A stretch of 64,000 nt of DNA, taken from contig CM052816.1 in assembly GCA_028534125.1 (NCBI GenBank), positions 19,532,001-19,596,000 of the forward strand, given 5' to 3'. The translations under genes were made by a program, and so were the position numbers. Origin of the DNA: Lama glama (lineage: Eukaryota). Every line of letters begins with the position of its first letter. The stretch's first letter is position 1. Shown piece after piece: positions 1 through 12,839 of this stretch. The notes beneath the pieces were generated by a model. The model had not been told where the DNA came from and made no database searches. It saw only the letters and a list, made by a program, of their open reading frames with translations.

Positions 1-835
1 CATGATGTAGTCAGCTGTCATACTGGATTTTAAGGGATTTTTAGAAACAGCTTTTCAAAAAGTTTATGTAAACTACATGCTGTCTCTCTTCTCCATGTGT
101 TCTAGACGAGACTAGAAGCAACTTGTGGGCAAGAACAGTATTTTTAATTTCTTTTGGCTCTCACTAAACCTCGCAGAGTGCTCAGAACATTTTAAGATTC
201 AGTTAATGCATGCTGATTAACATCAGTCTTACCCAGAAACAACTTCTTAAACCACTTTGAATCCTTTTAGTGAAATCAGAGATCACATACACCAAGGTAT
301 TTGACTCCTTTATTTTCCCATCAGTTGCTACCTATAAGGTCACACTTAAGGATTCTAACTGTTCTTCCCATAACAGAATGCTTTCCTGCTTATTGGCTCT
401 GGGAGAGAAATGGCAAATGGACAGAAAACCAACCTCCGTAGACGTGTATAAGAAATCAAGAGTTTTCTAAGACTATAACCTGAAAGTCCTATGTCTGCCT
501 TCTATAGGGTAAGCATATTGTCATTCTAGCTGCTATTCCACCAGAATACACCTTCACAGGTCAAACTGGATTACTCCCTTAAAATACTGGGTTATGTTCA
601 AGTAGTAAAAACAAGAATGGTGGATTCTATTAAATATTTTTACATTTGCTTATTGCAATACTTAAAACATCAGTTTATAATTTTTGACACATTCAGCAGT
701 TCAACAAATGCATGACTCTTTTAACCTGACCGAAGTTGTAAGTCAACACTTCACTGGAGAAAAGGTATGATGTTGCAGCATTAATTTCCGAAATGAAGGA
801 CTGAAATTCTTTCCAACTCCCCTTTCAGTCCATCA

Positions 836-1032
836 CTATTCCACATGTTCCTGCTCTTGTCCTGGAATTAGCCACCGAATACTCTCAGTTCGAATGGTGG
901 CATACATAATAAAACTGATTAAAAAGAATAAGGAAAACACAAGCAACCAGTCCACACTTTTTATCAAAGTGCTAGGAAGAGGGCCTATTTGGTCTGCTTG
1001 AGTTACCACCACATTTTTCTTGGCTTCTATAC
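836..1032 (-). CDS. TXNDC15: TXNDC15 exon 5 (last coding exon; C-terminal transmembrane helix, TAG stop)
   Basis: Acceptor tctctttcag|GT. Encodes (G)IEAKKNVVVTQADQIGPLPSTLIKSVDWLLVFSLFFLISFIMYATIRTESIRWLIPGQEQEHVE*. 197 nt, phase fits exon 4. Confidence 0.97.
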
Positions 1033-1794
1033 CTGAAAGAGAAATCAGGTGTTTCAAATCAGATAGAAAATATACCTGCTACAGATATTCCTGAAGCACT
1101 CTGCATGGTATGCAAAATGATACGCAGTCTTAAACAAACACCACAGCTAGTATATCTGGGGTGGGCTTCACTTGCCTGTTGGTGTGATTTCTAATTTGCC
1201 TTTCTTCCCACCACATCAAAGGAGCAGGAATCCATTCAGCTATTCAAAGCTAAAACACTAGAATTTTAGTGAACTCACCAGAAGGGTCTTAGTCAGTGCG
1301 ATGTATGAGTTGTCTTTTGTTCTTCTGCGAGACCAAAGTTCAGTAACTAGTAAAGCTATTCTCAGGAGTCTACAGAATGTTTGCACAGGTTAAGTAATGC
1401 TAAATTCAAAACGCTTTTAAGTAATTTACTGAAAGAATTGTTCAAACAACTAACCACCACCGGGATCAGTGATTACCAACGATGCTGTGACTCCTGGACT
1501 TCACTGAGCAAAATGGCTCCCTCTCTCCATGTCAGTCCAAATGACAGTCAGGGTCTGGTATAAGACTTGCAATAACTAATCACCTGGTAACAAGCCTTTT
1601 GCTCCTATGAGGTAACTCAGCTCTCTGTTCTTCTGTGTTAGGGGTAAATAATTACATGCATGTAGCTAAGTATATATTGAAGGTGTGTTATAATTTTTGT
1701 TTACTTCCAGTGACTTTATTACAGAAAGAAGAAGGGTGCTCTTGGTTGAGACATTAAAGTTTTTGAGGAGTGAACATTTTCAACGAAGGAAATT

Positions 1795-1848
1795 TCATTC
1801 AATATCTTGTAATAACCTATAATGGAAAAGAATCTTTTGAAAAAGAAC

Positions 1849-1885
<37 letters not shown>

Positions 1886-1960
1886 AACTGAATCACTTTG
1901 CTGTACACCTGAAACCAAAAGTGTAAATGAACTACACTTTAATAAAAATAAATAAAAATA
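1795..1960 (+). mobile_element. L1 3'-end fragment with internal (AT)n(AC)n microsatellite
   Basis: aatatcttgtaataacctataatgg...gaatcactttgctgtacacctgaaac...aataaa plus A-rich tail. Confidence 0.8.
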
Positions 1961-1984
1961 TACAGTGCTCAAACTTTTACAGAA

Positions 1985-2460
1985 TAAAAATCAGGCCATA
2001 TGTTTTGGTAAATATAAGGAATTAAAATAGCATGTACAAATGGATTAATAAACAGAACAGCATACAGCAACCAAAATGAACAAAACACAAGCATACACAA
2101 CAATGCAGATGAATCCCACAAGCGTAATGGTGAGTGAAATCAGCCAGACATGAAAGAATCCATACTGTAAGTCTCCACTAATACAAAGTTCAAAAACAGG
2201 TAAGACTAATCTGTGACGTTAGGAGTGAAGATGGTGGTTATCCTCGGGGAGGGCAGAAGTGACAGTGCTCACAGGGGTTTAATAATATTCTCTTTCTGGA
2301 TCTGAGTACTGGTTACCCAAGGTGTTCACTTTGTGAAAATTCATCGCTATGTACACTAGTGATTGATGCATATTTCTGTGTAAATATTATAGTTAAATGA
2401 ATTATGTATGCAAAAAAGGTATCTACAGATGTATGGTATGTGAATTTTATCTCAATAAAG
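1985..2460 (+). mobile_element. Old L1 (L1ME/MB-like) 3' fragment
   Basis: gatgaatc...gtgaaa...gccagaca...aaagttcaaaaacagg...ttcactttgtgaaaattcatc motifs. Confidence 0.7.
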
Positions 2461-2595
2461 CTATGACTTTTTCAAAGGTATCTATAATCATAGTAAAATT
2501 ACCTGTTCACGTTCAGCCTGCCACTGGATGGGCATTATTTAACAGGATCATAACATTTCACTAGAAAAGAAGTTTTACATACCAAAGCCAATCTT

Positions 2596-2900
2596 TTTTT
2601 TTTAAATTGAAGTACAGTTGATTCACAATGTTGTGTTAGTTTCTATGTACAGCAAAGTGATTCAGTTATACATATACCTTTATATACACTTTTTCATTAT
2701 AGGTTATTACAATACATTGAATATAGTTCCCTGTGCTACACAGTAGGACCTTGCTATGGACCAAAAGATTATCATACTATGTGAAGTAATTCAGACAGAG
2801 AAAACCATATCATATGATATCACTTGTACGCAAAATCTTAAAAAATGGCACAAATGAACTTACTAACAAAACATAAACATACTCACAATGAAACCGAACT
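2596..2900 (-). mobile_element. 5'-inverted L1 insertion with 16-bp TSD
   Basis: TSD TACCAAAGCCAATCTT at 2580-2595 and 2901-2916. PolyT and antisense 3' end to about 2755, then a sense-oriented upstream L1 segment. Confidence 0.85.
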
Positions 2901-3015
2901 TACCAAAGCCAATCTTGAATCCTTCACTTAAGGATATGAGCAGATCAGAACCCACAGAAGGCATATTCCCCCAGCAATAAAATGTCTTCTTCTACAGGGT
3001 ATTACGTCTACATAC

Positions 3016-3146
3016 CTGTCTGGTTAAAAATGAAGATTTTCAGTGTTTCCAGTGTTCGGTCTGTATGATTAAATCTAGCCATTGGTTTAGCTCCTTGAAA
3101 TAACAAGATGTTAGGAACAGCTACGGTGCCAAACCTGGTAGAAAGG
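3016..3146 (-). CDS. TXNDC15: TXNDC15 exon 4
   Basis: tctcttgtag|C...ACA G|gtatgt. Encodes [43 protein letters not shown]. 131 nt. Confidence 0.96.
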
Positions 3147-5083
3147 CTACAAGAGAAAGAAGTCAGTCAGAAAACCTGAATTAACCGTGGGCTTCCTCAC
3201 ACAATTACTATATCAGAATGAATGGCAATAAATGAGAAAGGATTAGTTTCCTGTGACCTATGAGGCTTCTGATATTCAAACAATAGGCTTGTAGTTGCTT
3301 CTGACTCCCCTCCTCGTGGGTCGTGGTTGGAGAAATTCCTGCTCTGCTCTATGAGTTGCTTTCTATTACAATATGGAGCTACCCATGACAATCATTCCAC
3401 TATTTCAGTTCCTCACCGACAGAACAGATCAAACCGGAAAATTCTAATTCAGGGACAAAGCACACTGTGTCCATTTACTTGACAGAAGAAATTTCAAACT
3501 CTCCAGAATGCCAATCTCCATCCCTCATGAAAGATTCAACTGATAGTAAGCAGTTAGGTTGGTGAGTCAGTGAATAGGAATCTACAATCTAACAAACATA
3601 CCAGGAAGTTCTCAATTAGGGCAGGACAATTTGGAAGTAACACAACCTGAGGGGTACTGTTTCGCTTTTACAGAATACAAAGCAGTGGTATAAGCTCTGG
3701 AGTCAAAACACTCTGAGCTCAAGCCTCAGTTCTGCCACTGAACCAGGTGTGTGACCTGTGGGTGGATTATTTAGCCTTTTCAGGCCTCAGTTTCCTCCAT
3801 TAGTAAAATGGTAACATTGGATAATCAGGATTTTTTTTGTAACATAAATAATAACACATGAAGCAAACACGTCCTTGCAAGCCATATGATAAGAACAAGT
3901 ATCCTCTATTCTCCATAATCAGGGCACCATACCAGGCACTGAGAAGGATGCATGGGCATGAAGGGGAAACAAAGCGGATGATAAGCCTGCAGGGGATGGG
4001 GGGCAAGATGGGGGTTAGTATCAGACCCAAAACTGAAGAGTGCTGAGCACAGGCTGGGAGCCAGCCCTGCTGGCTTGGGGGCAGTGTAGCGCCCAAAGCT
4101 GGACATTGACCTGACTGGATGTCCTTCTCATCAATCTGTAACTTTGGGCCCAGCCACTCAGATACCTCCCTGAAGCGTTTGTGAGAATTACTAATTTGTT
4201 GGGCAATTTCTTTCTTCATAAACAATTTCAGGTAAACATTGGCAGGTGCATTACCCACACTGAAAACCAGTGCCTCATTTTTATCACCAACTTGACCATC
4301 TTCCACACTTTCCAATTCATTCATACACAACCTCCTTGTGACCTGCTAAGTAAGGAACATCTGGTTTAGAGGAGGAGGGAAGCACATAGTTGATAACCTC
4401 TGGATACAGTCATAGGGCTTAGGGGAAATATATAACATCTGCACAAACTTCTCTGTAATCTATCTTACTGTACATTTAGAAAAGGCAAAACCCCACTGAA
4501 CTATATGAAAGAGTATAAAACAAGGGTAAATGTATTTCAAAGGGATAATTCATTAAATTTATTCAATGTCTAAGAACATGCATGCAAGAATAAATGTAAG
4601 CACGAAGAAAGAAGGAAGGCGGGAAAGGAAGGACAGAAAAAAATAAAAAGGAAAGAAAGAAATCCTTAGTAGACATACAACGGGGGTGCTGCGAGTTAGG
4701 CTGCTCAGGGTGGGGCCCTAAACTGCAGGTGAAAGTCACAAAGGAAGAACCTACCAATGATGCTAATTCTGCTAATTCAGTTTGGCCAGGACCCTAAACA
4801 GTCCTCTGCCCTGTCCCGGGCCATCTGGCAGTGCCAACTTTAAATTCTAGCACACAGAGAATAGTCTTTCTTCTCAAAGGGTCTCCAGAAAGTGATACCC
4901 TCAGTTCCCTCAGGAATGTGACAATCCTCACTACTCACACTTGCCTCTCCCTCCCCTCAATTCTATTTCAAAGCTCCAGCTCATGCCTACCTCCTCTGCT
5001 CCTAACTCAACTAATTACAACCTCCAAGTAACTGCAACCGTCACCTAACAGGATGAGACAGAAACCCCACTCAGGGAAGATAC

Positions 5084-5247
5084 CTGCTGTGCTGAGATGC
5101 ATCCAGTGCCAAAAAATGAAGAGCTGGAAACGCCCGGGGCAGAGAATTAAAATGAGGGGCCAAACTGGCAGAAAATCGGCACCAAGGGGTGTAAAACAGG
5201 ACTAGTGTGCAGTCACTACCGTTTGGGTTGAGGAAATCCATGAGGTC
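5084..5247 (-). CDS. TXNDC15: TXNDC15 exon 3 (thioredoxin fold, atypical WCRFS CxxS motif)
   Basis: tgtcacag|GAC...AGC AG|gtatct. Encodes [54 protein letters not shown]. 164 nt. Confidence 0.97.
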
Positions 5248-6546
5248 CTGTGACAAAAAGAAACCAGTGTTAAAGTCAGCAGTGAAGGATGTGTACATTT
5301 TCTGGAAGGATACCCAAGAAACAGGGACCACGACCACCTCCCTGGAAAGGAGGCAGGGACAGGAGGGAGACTAGTGCAGCTCCTTAAGAACCTTTCGGGT
5401 TTGGAACCACATGGATCCATGAATCAACAGAAAAGTATCATCAAATGACACATTACAAACTTCTCTAAGCTTTCTTCTTATTATAAAGCAACTTTAATAT
5501 TTTTTCATAATTCGTCAATTCATATACTAGGTACTCACAGGGTACAGGCCACTGTCCCAGCCCTGGGACAATCTGACAGCATTATTAAAGCACTGTGACC
5601 TCAGGCCCAAACCATCATCTCAGTACAGCCAAGTCTGTACTAAGCAGCCAGATCCATGTATTTGGCCAAAGGTTAGTTCAGTTCGAGGTTGTACCACTCC
5701 TGCCACCCCCGAACTCAGACTGCTCAAACTGCTCTCTCCTGGTCACGTGTGTGACCCCCGTGCAAGAGTCCGCAGAGCTGAGGCGCAGTGACAACCAGGC
5801 ACTGAGGGGAGGGTGTGAGGCCGCGCTGGCCCCTGCACTGGAGGGGCTACGTGCACTCAAGGAACCACATGTACCCTAGGTTACAGTAAGCAGTCACAGC
5901 TTTCAGAGCTAGGATTCTTCTTTTACATAAGCAGTCTGCATTCACTCTGCTCTCTGGCTTTAACAGTCCTACAGAAAATGTCAGTCAGCATCCCGATATT
6001 CTCTTGAGAATCACCATTTATCCAACCTGCTGGAAAAGCATGGCTGGACTGGACAACCGTGTCAGCTCTCAGTCCAGAGGAAACACTGGATTCACACTCT
6101 TGGGAGGAAAGAAACTTTTTATCAATATAATGTACTTCTCAGGGGCATGACTAGTCTAAACTATGCTAAATTACAACTTAGTAGTTCAGATATTTTATTT
6201 TTATGCCTCCATAATAAATGCCTCCTTTGGAAGAAGAAAAAATGTTACGATTCTGATACCAAGCACCTATCTGTCCACTGGGGTTTTTACCATGAGGCTT
6301 GGTGGCAAGATTACCCCAAGGATGACCAGATTTAAGCTGCCTAAACAGCATAACTGACACTAGTTTTATCTTCTCTCCCTACAAACATCACAGAAAGCCA
6401 ACTCAGTTTTCACTGACGCAGCCATCAAATGCTATGCCACTCACAGCACGATAAAGATGATGAGTCTCCATAAGAAAGGTGATAGAGTATTAAATCGTAA
6501 AATCAATGCTGAAAAGGAGAAAACTGCTAAATAATTTTTTTTTTAC

Positions 6547-7019
6547 CTGTGACATATTTAAAATTTTCAGAGTGAAATTTTCTAAGCCTGTCACATTTCT
6601 CTCCTCGCAGTTCACCTTTGGGGATTTCAGACTTTCGGTGCTGTTGGAGTCCTCCGCCGGAGTTGGGTCGGATTCCACCGCTTCAGGCTCCGTGTAATAC
6701 TCCTCTTCTCTATCTGGGAAGCTTGCTCCAGCGCTGTCCAGAGAGAAGAGGCTCTCCCGGAGATTGCACCTGGAGTCCTCCTCCCCTCCAGCCCCGCAGG
6801 TGCCGCCGCTGGGCTCTGAGCTCAGTCTGTCCTCGGCTTCCCCAGGGATCACAGACAACATCACCATGTGGTCGCCATCTGCGTCCAGCCCCAGCACTGC
6901 ATCGGCCTCTTCTCTGGGTGTGTCCTGGCCCACTGGAGGCTCCTCCTCACTCATGTACACAGCCCCCACCTGGAATGGGTATGCAGGCTGCTCCTCTGCC
7001 CATAAGTGACCTCTTTTCT
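6547..7019 (-). CDS. TXNDC15: TXNDC15 exon 2 (acidic luminal region; 5' boundary inferred)
   Basis: Encodes EKRGHLWAEEQP...VNCEERNVTGLENFTLKILNMSQ, donor CAG|gtaaaa. The nearest in-frame AG acceptor is ttgcag| before 7019. The orthologous boundary at 7025 is preceded by GG. Confidence 0.9.
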
Positions 7020-8139
7020 CTGCAACCAAAGCACACCAGCATGTTCACAGTCGTGTATGACTTCAAAATAAATGAGTCCAAAAGAATTACAGTTTTCAAG
7101 TATGAAATTTTCTCCTACAGAGAAAAAAGTTACCTTCCCATTAAACTATCAGAGAGCCACCCAGCATTCTCCAAGTCTTGAAGAAAATCACAAGGAGGTA
7201 CTAGATTAATGAATGCCAATAAGTGGAAAAATACATAACTTCATGTAAAACCCACTGCTTGCCATGTGGATTATAAGCAAAAACATTCCAGTGCAGACAT
7301 CCAATTAGGAAAATATAATACAAACACCTTAACAGTTTCACTTGTTTGATGTCAATATCCAAGAAAATAAATGATGGCTTTATGGAAAATTCTATGGCAA
7401 AGCATCTTTTTGCACCCATTGTAACAGTTCTGTGAGATGGGCGGGACAAGGGTTATCATCTCCACTTAACAGATGACCAGGCTGAGGCACAGAAAGGTTC
7501 AGCATAATGCCCAATGGCACACAGCTAGTAGGCAGTAGAGCCAGGTCTAAGAGCGAAGCCTTCTGACTGCTACTCCAGAACAAGCCTTACTCTCCCGCCA
7601 TGATACCTTGGGGGTTGCTGGTACCACACTGCCTGAGGAACCTTGCAAGTGCCAGCAGTACCTCCTTCCTGAGGTGGTCTGTACAGCTGGCCTCTGCTCT
7701 CCTGCCTGCTGCCCTTGGACTACTGCCGTCAGGAGTGCTAAAGGTGCACCCAGCAGTGCAGGGGCAGCAGCAGGGTGACGAGGAGGAGGACTTCCCTTTC
7801 ACTTTGGAGTCACTAGATAGGGCTTCAGCCAAATGGTCAGGAAAGGGAAGAGTCCTGGCAGTTTGGTATGTCCATTTAGCAACTTCTGTTCACCTCTGTA
7901 TTGGTGACTCCAGCCCCCCACCTCTCATTACCTCAACAACAGCTGCCAGAAACTGGGCCGAGCACTCACTAGGGGAAACAAACGAGCCCAGCTGCACTCA
8001 GACAAGCTCACCATGTGGCTGGGGAGCCTTCAGCTGTGTGATGAGCTCTGCAAAGCTGGGGAGGGATCTGAGGTATGCACATTTTTGTTTCCATAGATGT
8101 TTGCAGATTCATTCAGGAATTCAAAAACATTCTCTGTGA

Positions 8140-9416
8140 ATATACTTCTGGCTAAGTAGAGTAACAGGGACCAGATTTATCCTCCCTTCTGGAATAACCC
8201 AAAAAATAGCCAAATATGCAAAACAACACTTTCAAGAGACAAGCAATCAGACAAGGAAGGACAATGAAGACAGCAAGAAACAGGAAGCAAATGAGTAGAG
8301 TCCTACAATTGCTAACTGCCTGAGGGAGTTCCCACCATGTTTCAGGGAGGGCCCAGCAGATTCTTCCAGTTGGGGAGATGGAGCTGAGGGTCTAGAAAGA
8401 CCAAGAAAGCTAGTTTGCAGGACAGCATACCGGAGATGGGAGGACTGCAGAGAGAGGATGCTGGAGATCTGCGGAGGGGCCCCCACCTTGAGTAAATATG
8501 TCAGCATATGCATGGAAGCAAAGTACCCAAAGCCAGGGAAAGACTCACTCAAAAGGATTACAGGCAACAGTACACAACACTCACAAAGAGCTGGGAACAA
8601 TACCTGTTCCCACCAGCTAGACTGGAAAACCTCATAATTCACAGGGCACTGTGGGGAGAACACAAAAGGGACTTGCCTCAGTAGTGGGGCCCAATTAACC
8701 CTAAAGTAAATGTAGCTCTGCTTCCATCCAGCAAACCTTAAAGGTGAGGATCAAACTGTGTTCAAGTAACTTAGCTGTATCCCAGAACAGAGCCCACAAG
8801 AATACTTATATGAATACTAAAATATCTAGCATTCAACAAGGTAAAATTTACATCTGGCATCCAATCAAAGATTGCCAGGCATGCAAAGAATCAGGGAAAT
8901 GCTCTTCATCATCCATAATGAGGAGAATAATCAACCAAACTGACTCAGAACTTGCACGGATGTCAGAATTATTACTTGAGGCTACTAAAACAGTAATTAC
9001 TGTATTACATATGTTTAAAAAGTTAAGTAGATATAGAGAACATAAGATATTAAAAAAGACCCAAATTGAAATGCAAATGAAAACCACAGTAAGATATCTC
9101 CTCCCAAATATCACAATAGCTATTATCAAAAAACAAGAAATAACAAATGTTGGCATGAATGTGGAGAAAAGGGAACCTTGTGCACTGTCAGTGGAAATGT
9201 AAATTTGTGCAGTCACTATGGAAAACAGTATGGACAGTCCTCAAAAAATAAAGAATAGAACTACCATGTGATCCAGCAATTCCACTTCTGGATATTTATC
9301 CAAAGTAATTGAAAACACTAACTCAAAAAGATACATGCACCTCATGTTCACTGCAGCATTATTTACAAAAGCAAAGACATGGAAGCAATCGATGGATGAA
9401 TGGATAAGATAATGGG

Positions 9417-9457
<41 letters not shown>

Positions 9458-10770
9458 TATATACACTATTCAGCCACCAAAAAAAAAAAAAAGGAAATCT
9501 TGCCATTGGCGACAACATAGATGGACCTTGAGGGCAATATGTTAACTGAAATAAGTCAGAGAGAGAAATACAAATACTGTATAATCTCATCTATATGTGG
9601 AATAAACAAACAAAAACAAGAGTTCATACAGAAAACAGATTGGTGGTTGACAGGTGGTAGGCAGGCAGTGGGCAAAATGGGTGAAGATAGTCAAAAAGTA
9701 CAAACTTCGAGTTATAAAATAAGTCATGGGGATATAATGTACAGAATGATGACTGCAGTTAATTATACTATATTGTACATTTGAAAGTTGCTAAGAGAGT
9801 AAACCTTAAAAGTTCTCATCACAAGAAAAAAATTTGTATAACTATGTGTGATGGTAGATGTTAACTAGACTTACTGTGGTGATCTTTTCACAATATATAG
9901 AAATACTGAATCATTATACTGTACAACTGAAACTACTATAATGCTATATGTCAATTATATCCCAACATATAATTTTTAAAAAGACCCAAACCATACTTCT
10001 AGCAATGAAAACTACAAGGTCTGAAATGCTTTGCCATAGCAGAATTTTCCATAAAGCCATCATTTATTTTCTTGGATATTCTCGTACCCATACCTCTCAA
10101 CTGCACTGGAGGGGATTAATGGCAGATTAGACACTGCAGAAGAAGAGGGTGGTGAACCTAAGGCAGTAGAATTCATACAAAATGAAACACACAATAAAAA
10201 AAAAAAGAATCCTCCCCAATTAAGAGCATCAGTGAGCTGTGAGACAATTTTCAAGTGGCCTCATATACAGATGATTGGAGTACTCAATAAGAGAAGAGAG
10301 GGATATAGAATAACCAAAAACGTTACAAACTTGATGAAAACTATAAATCCATAGATCCAAGAGGTTCAACAAACCCCAAGCTCAATAAACTATATCAAGA
10401 CACATCATAATCAAAAAAATCTTATAAGCAGCCAGAGAAAAAAGGCATGCAATATACAAGGGAACAAAGATATGGATGAAAGCAGATTTCTCATTGGAAA
10501 CAATGCAAACAAGAGAAGCATCTTTGAAATACTGAAAGGAAAAAACTATAAACCTAGAATTCTATACCCAACAAAAATATCTTTCAAAAACAAAGGCAAA
10601 ATAAACAGTTTTTCAGACATACAAAAGCTGAAAGAATTCATCACCATCAGATCCACATAACAAGAATCTTAAAGGAACTCCTTCGGGCAATAGAAAAATG
10701 ACACCAGATGGAAATCCACATAAGAGAATGAAAAGCACCAGAAATGGTAACTACATAAATACATATCACA
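8140..10770 (+). mobile_element. Old L1 5'UTR/ORF1 remnant interrupted by a younger L1 3' fragment (about 9066-9976)
   Basis: ORF1-like peptide PRILYPTKISFKNKGKINSFSDIQKLKEF. Inner piece has ORF2 C-terminal MQMKTTVRY...VEKREP and a 3'UTR, flanked by AAAAAGACCCAAA repeats. Confidence 0.8.
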
Positions 10771-11739
10771 ATTCTTTCTGAAAGTCTAGCTCTGAAGGGG
10801 GCAAGAATGACTGGGTAGTTGTTACTGGCAGGCAGGAGGCTAAGGTGGGGTTTTGTTTTGGTTTTTAGGGCATAGGAGAAATTTAAGGATACATAAAGCT
10901 GATGGGAAAGCAGGTTAGTAAGAAAAGATGACAGTATAGGTTAGATGGAACAGAACACAGGGCTTCAGAAGCAAGGTAGGTCTTTCACACAAGAGGATCA
11001 AGCACCTCTTTGGCTGTGACCTAGAGAAGGGGCTGAATATCTGGGCAGGGAACTCTGCCAAGCTGGTGGAGATGGCAGTCTTTCTGAGAGGCAAAGAGAA
11101 GATATCCAGCACACGCTATCCCCTCTCTGAGGCTGGTGGTTAAGTGTGCAACAGAGATTTGTAGTACAGAGGTTTGACTGTGAGGACAGGCAGACATGGG
11201 CATGAATTGTGACTTCTCAACTTCTGCTGCTTGACCTTGGTAAAAGACTTAGGGATGCTGAGTCTCAGTTTACTCATCTATAAAACAGGGACAATAACAT
11301 CTACTTTATAAGCATTTAAAGATTAAATAAAAATGATGCTCAAAAACCACTAAGTACACTGCTTGGCACATAGTGAATGCTTTCATTACTGGTCATTGTG
11401 TTACTATTCCTCACCATTCTTCCTGCTCAGCAAGCTGGCCGCCATGCCTCCTTCCAGGGAAAGGAAAGACCTGCCTATTCTTGGTAAATTCTGAATGACA
11501 AGCAACACCAAAGGGTCTGGACTTCAATAGGACTGTGGGGAATGGGGTGAAGGAGCAATGGTAGTAAAGCCCCCACTCCTGGGCCCAGTCATGCCTCCAG
11601 GTGGCTGCCTTCCCCAGGGAGCTTGCCCTGGCAAACACAGGTTTCCCTGGGAGTCTACTGTGTTTTTCTCTTCTGTCCCTCACTCAGGGACCTCAGCAAA
11701 ATGACCTTCTTAAGAAAGTGGTCCGGCAGGGTGCAAAGT

Positions 11740-12010
11740 AACGCATGGGAGCATTGCAGTCAGAGAGACAGGCTCTGCCAATTACCAGAACCGCAAACTT
11801 AGGCATGATTACTTAGCCTCTCTGAGCTCACCATCTTCATCTGTAAAACGGAGATACTCACAGAACCTATCTGAGAGTGGGAGGGAGGACTAAATGAGAT
11901 AATGATAGAAAGCAGAATGCACAGTTCCTGGCTCCTAATAAGGGGCCATAAATGTCGGCTATTCGTATGCTGATTATCATTAGTAATAAAGTGCTGAGCA
12001 CACGGTGGGT
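11740..12010 (+). mobile_element. MIR SINE
   Basis: ttacttagcctctctgagc...catctgtaaaacggagata...taaatgagataatg MIR core. Similar MIRs at about 3670-3830, 7430-7580, 11210-11400 and 13410-13620. Confidence 0.7.
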
Positions 12011-12039
12011 AAGCCTCAGTAAGCGCTAATACACGGTCA

Positions 12040-12760
12040 CTCCTAACTGACAGCCACCTGCTGAGGGGCCTGAACGCGGCCTGGGCTTCCCTCCCGCTGC
12101 CCCACACCCCAGACCGCGAGCAGGGACCACCAGCGGAAAGACGTCAGGACAATGCGGGGAGAGGGGCTCCGGAGGGCGCCCGTAAGAGGGAGGGCGCGCA
12201 GCTGCGGCCTTCGCGCAGGTCACCCTGGTAGCCCGCCACCCCGCCCGGCATCTCCCGCATGGCCGCCTGCGCCCCCGCCCACAGCCCGCCGCCCGCACTC
12301 ACCCTCCTGGCCGCGGGCGGGAGGCCCGAGCACCCACAGCAGTACCTGCCACCAGCCAAGAAGCCGCATGGTGAGAGGCGGGCCGCAGCCGGGACCACCA
12401 CCCAGGTCAAAGAGCAACCGGCGCACAGCGACGTGAGTCCGGATCCCGGCCGGAGGAAGGCTAGGGGAGGAGAGCTGGGAGCGCGGGCGCGGCCCCGCGC
12501 CGCCATCTTGGCAGCTGGCAGCCGCCGCAGGCGCCATCTTGGAGTCGGGCGGCCGCGTCTGTCTTCAGGCCTGTGCTGTTGGGGTCCGGGCAATTTAGGA
12601 GCCAGGCGCCAGCCGTCTCGGGACTTTTCGAAGTTCCCTGACTGCCAAGTCCTGCGCGGGGTTGTAGTAGAGGCCCACGGCTCTCTATCTTCACGAGCGA
12701 GTCGGGGCCTGGCGGCCGGCAGCACACTGCGTCGGCCCGATGCTTCTTTCTCGGGCCAGC
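12040..12760. promoter_or_regulatory. CpG island / TXNDC15 promoter with two YY1-type motifs
   Basis: GC- and CpG-rich stretch over exon 1. Minus-strand CAAGATGGCGGC (12499-12510) and CAAGATGGCGC (12531-12541). Confidence 0.85.
12303..12369 (-). CDS. TXNDC15: TXNDC15 exon 1 coding part (signal peptide)
   Basis: ctcaccATG, MRLLGWWQVLLWVLGPPARGQE, donor GAG G|gtgagt. The five exons total 1032 nt = 343 aa + stop. Confidence 0.9.
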
Positions 12761-12839
12761 AAAGCCCAGAAGCCTCCTCCTCAAGTGCCCATTGAGCTGC
12801 AGATCTTCGAATCCCCTGCCTCACCCGTGCTAGCCTTAA

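Noticed and set aside
6618..7181. 187-aa plus-strand ORF
   Set aside because: Antisense shadow of GC-rich TXNDC15 exon 2.
7600..8139. 179-aa plus-strand ORF in TXNDC15 intron 1
   Set aside because: No recognisable homology or gene structure; compatible with chance in moderately GC-rich DNA.
8744..9784. ORFs of 152, 122 and 87 aa
   Set aside because: Degenerate L1 ORF2 and 3'UTR sequence.
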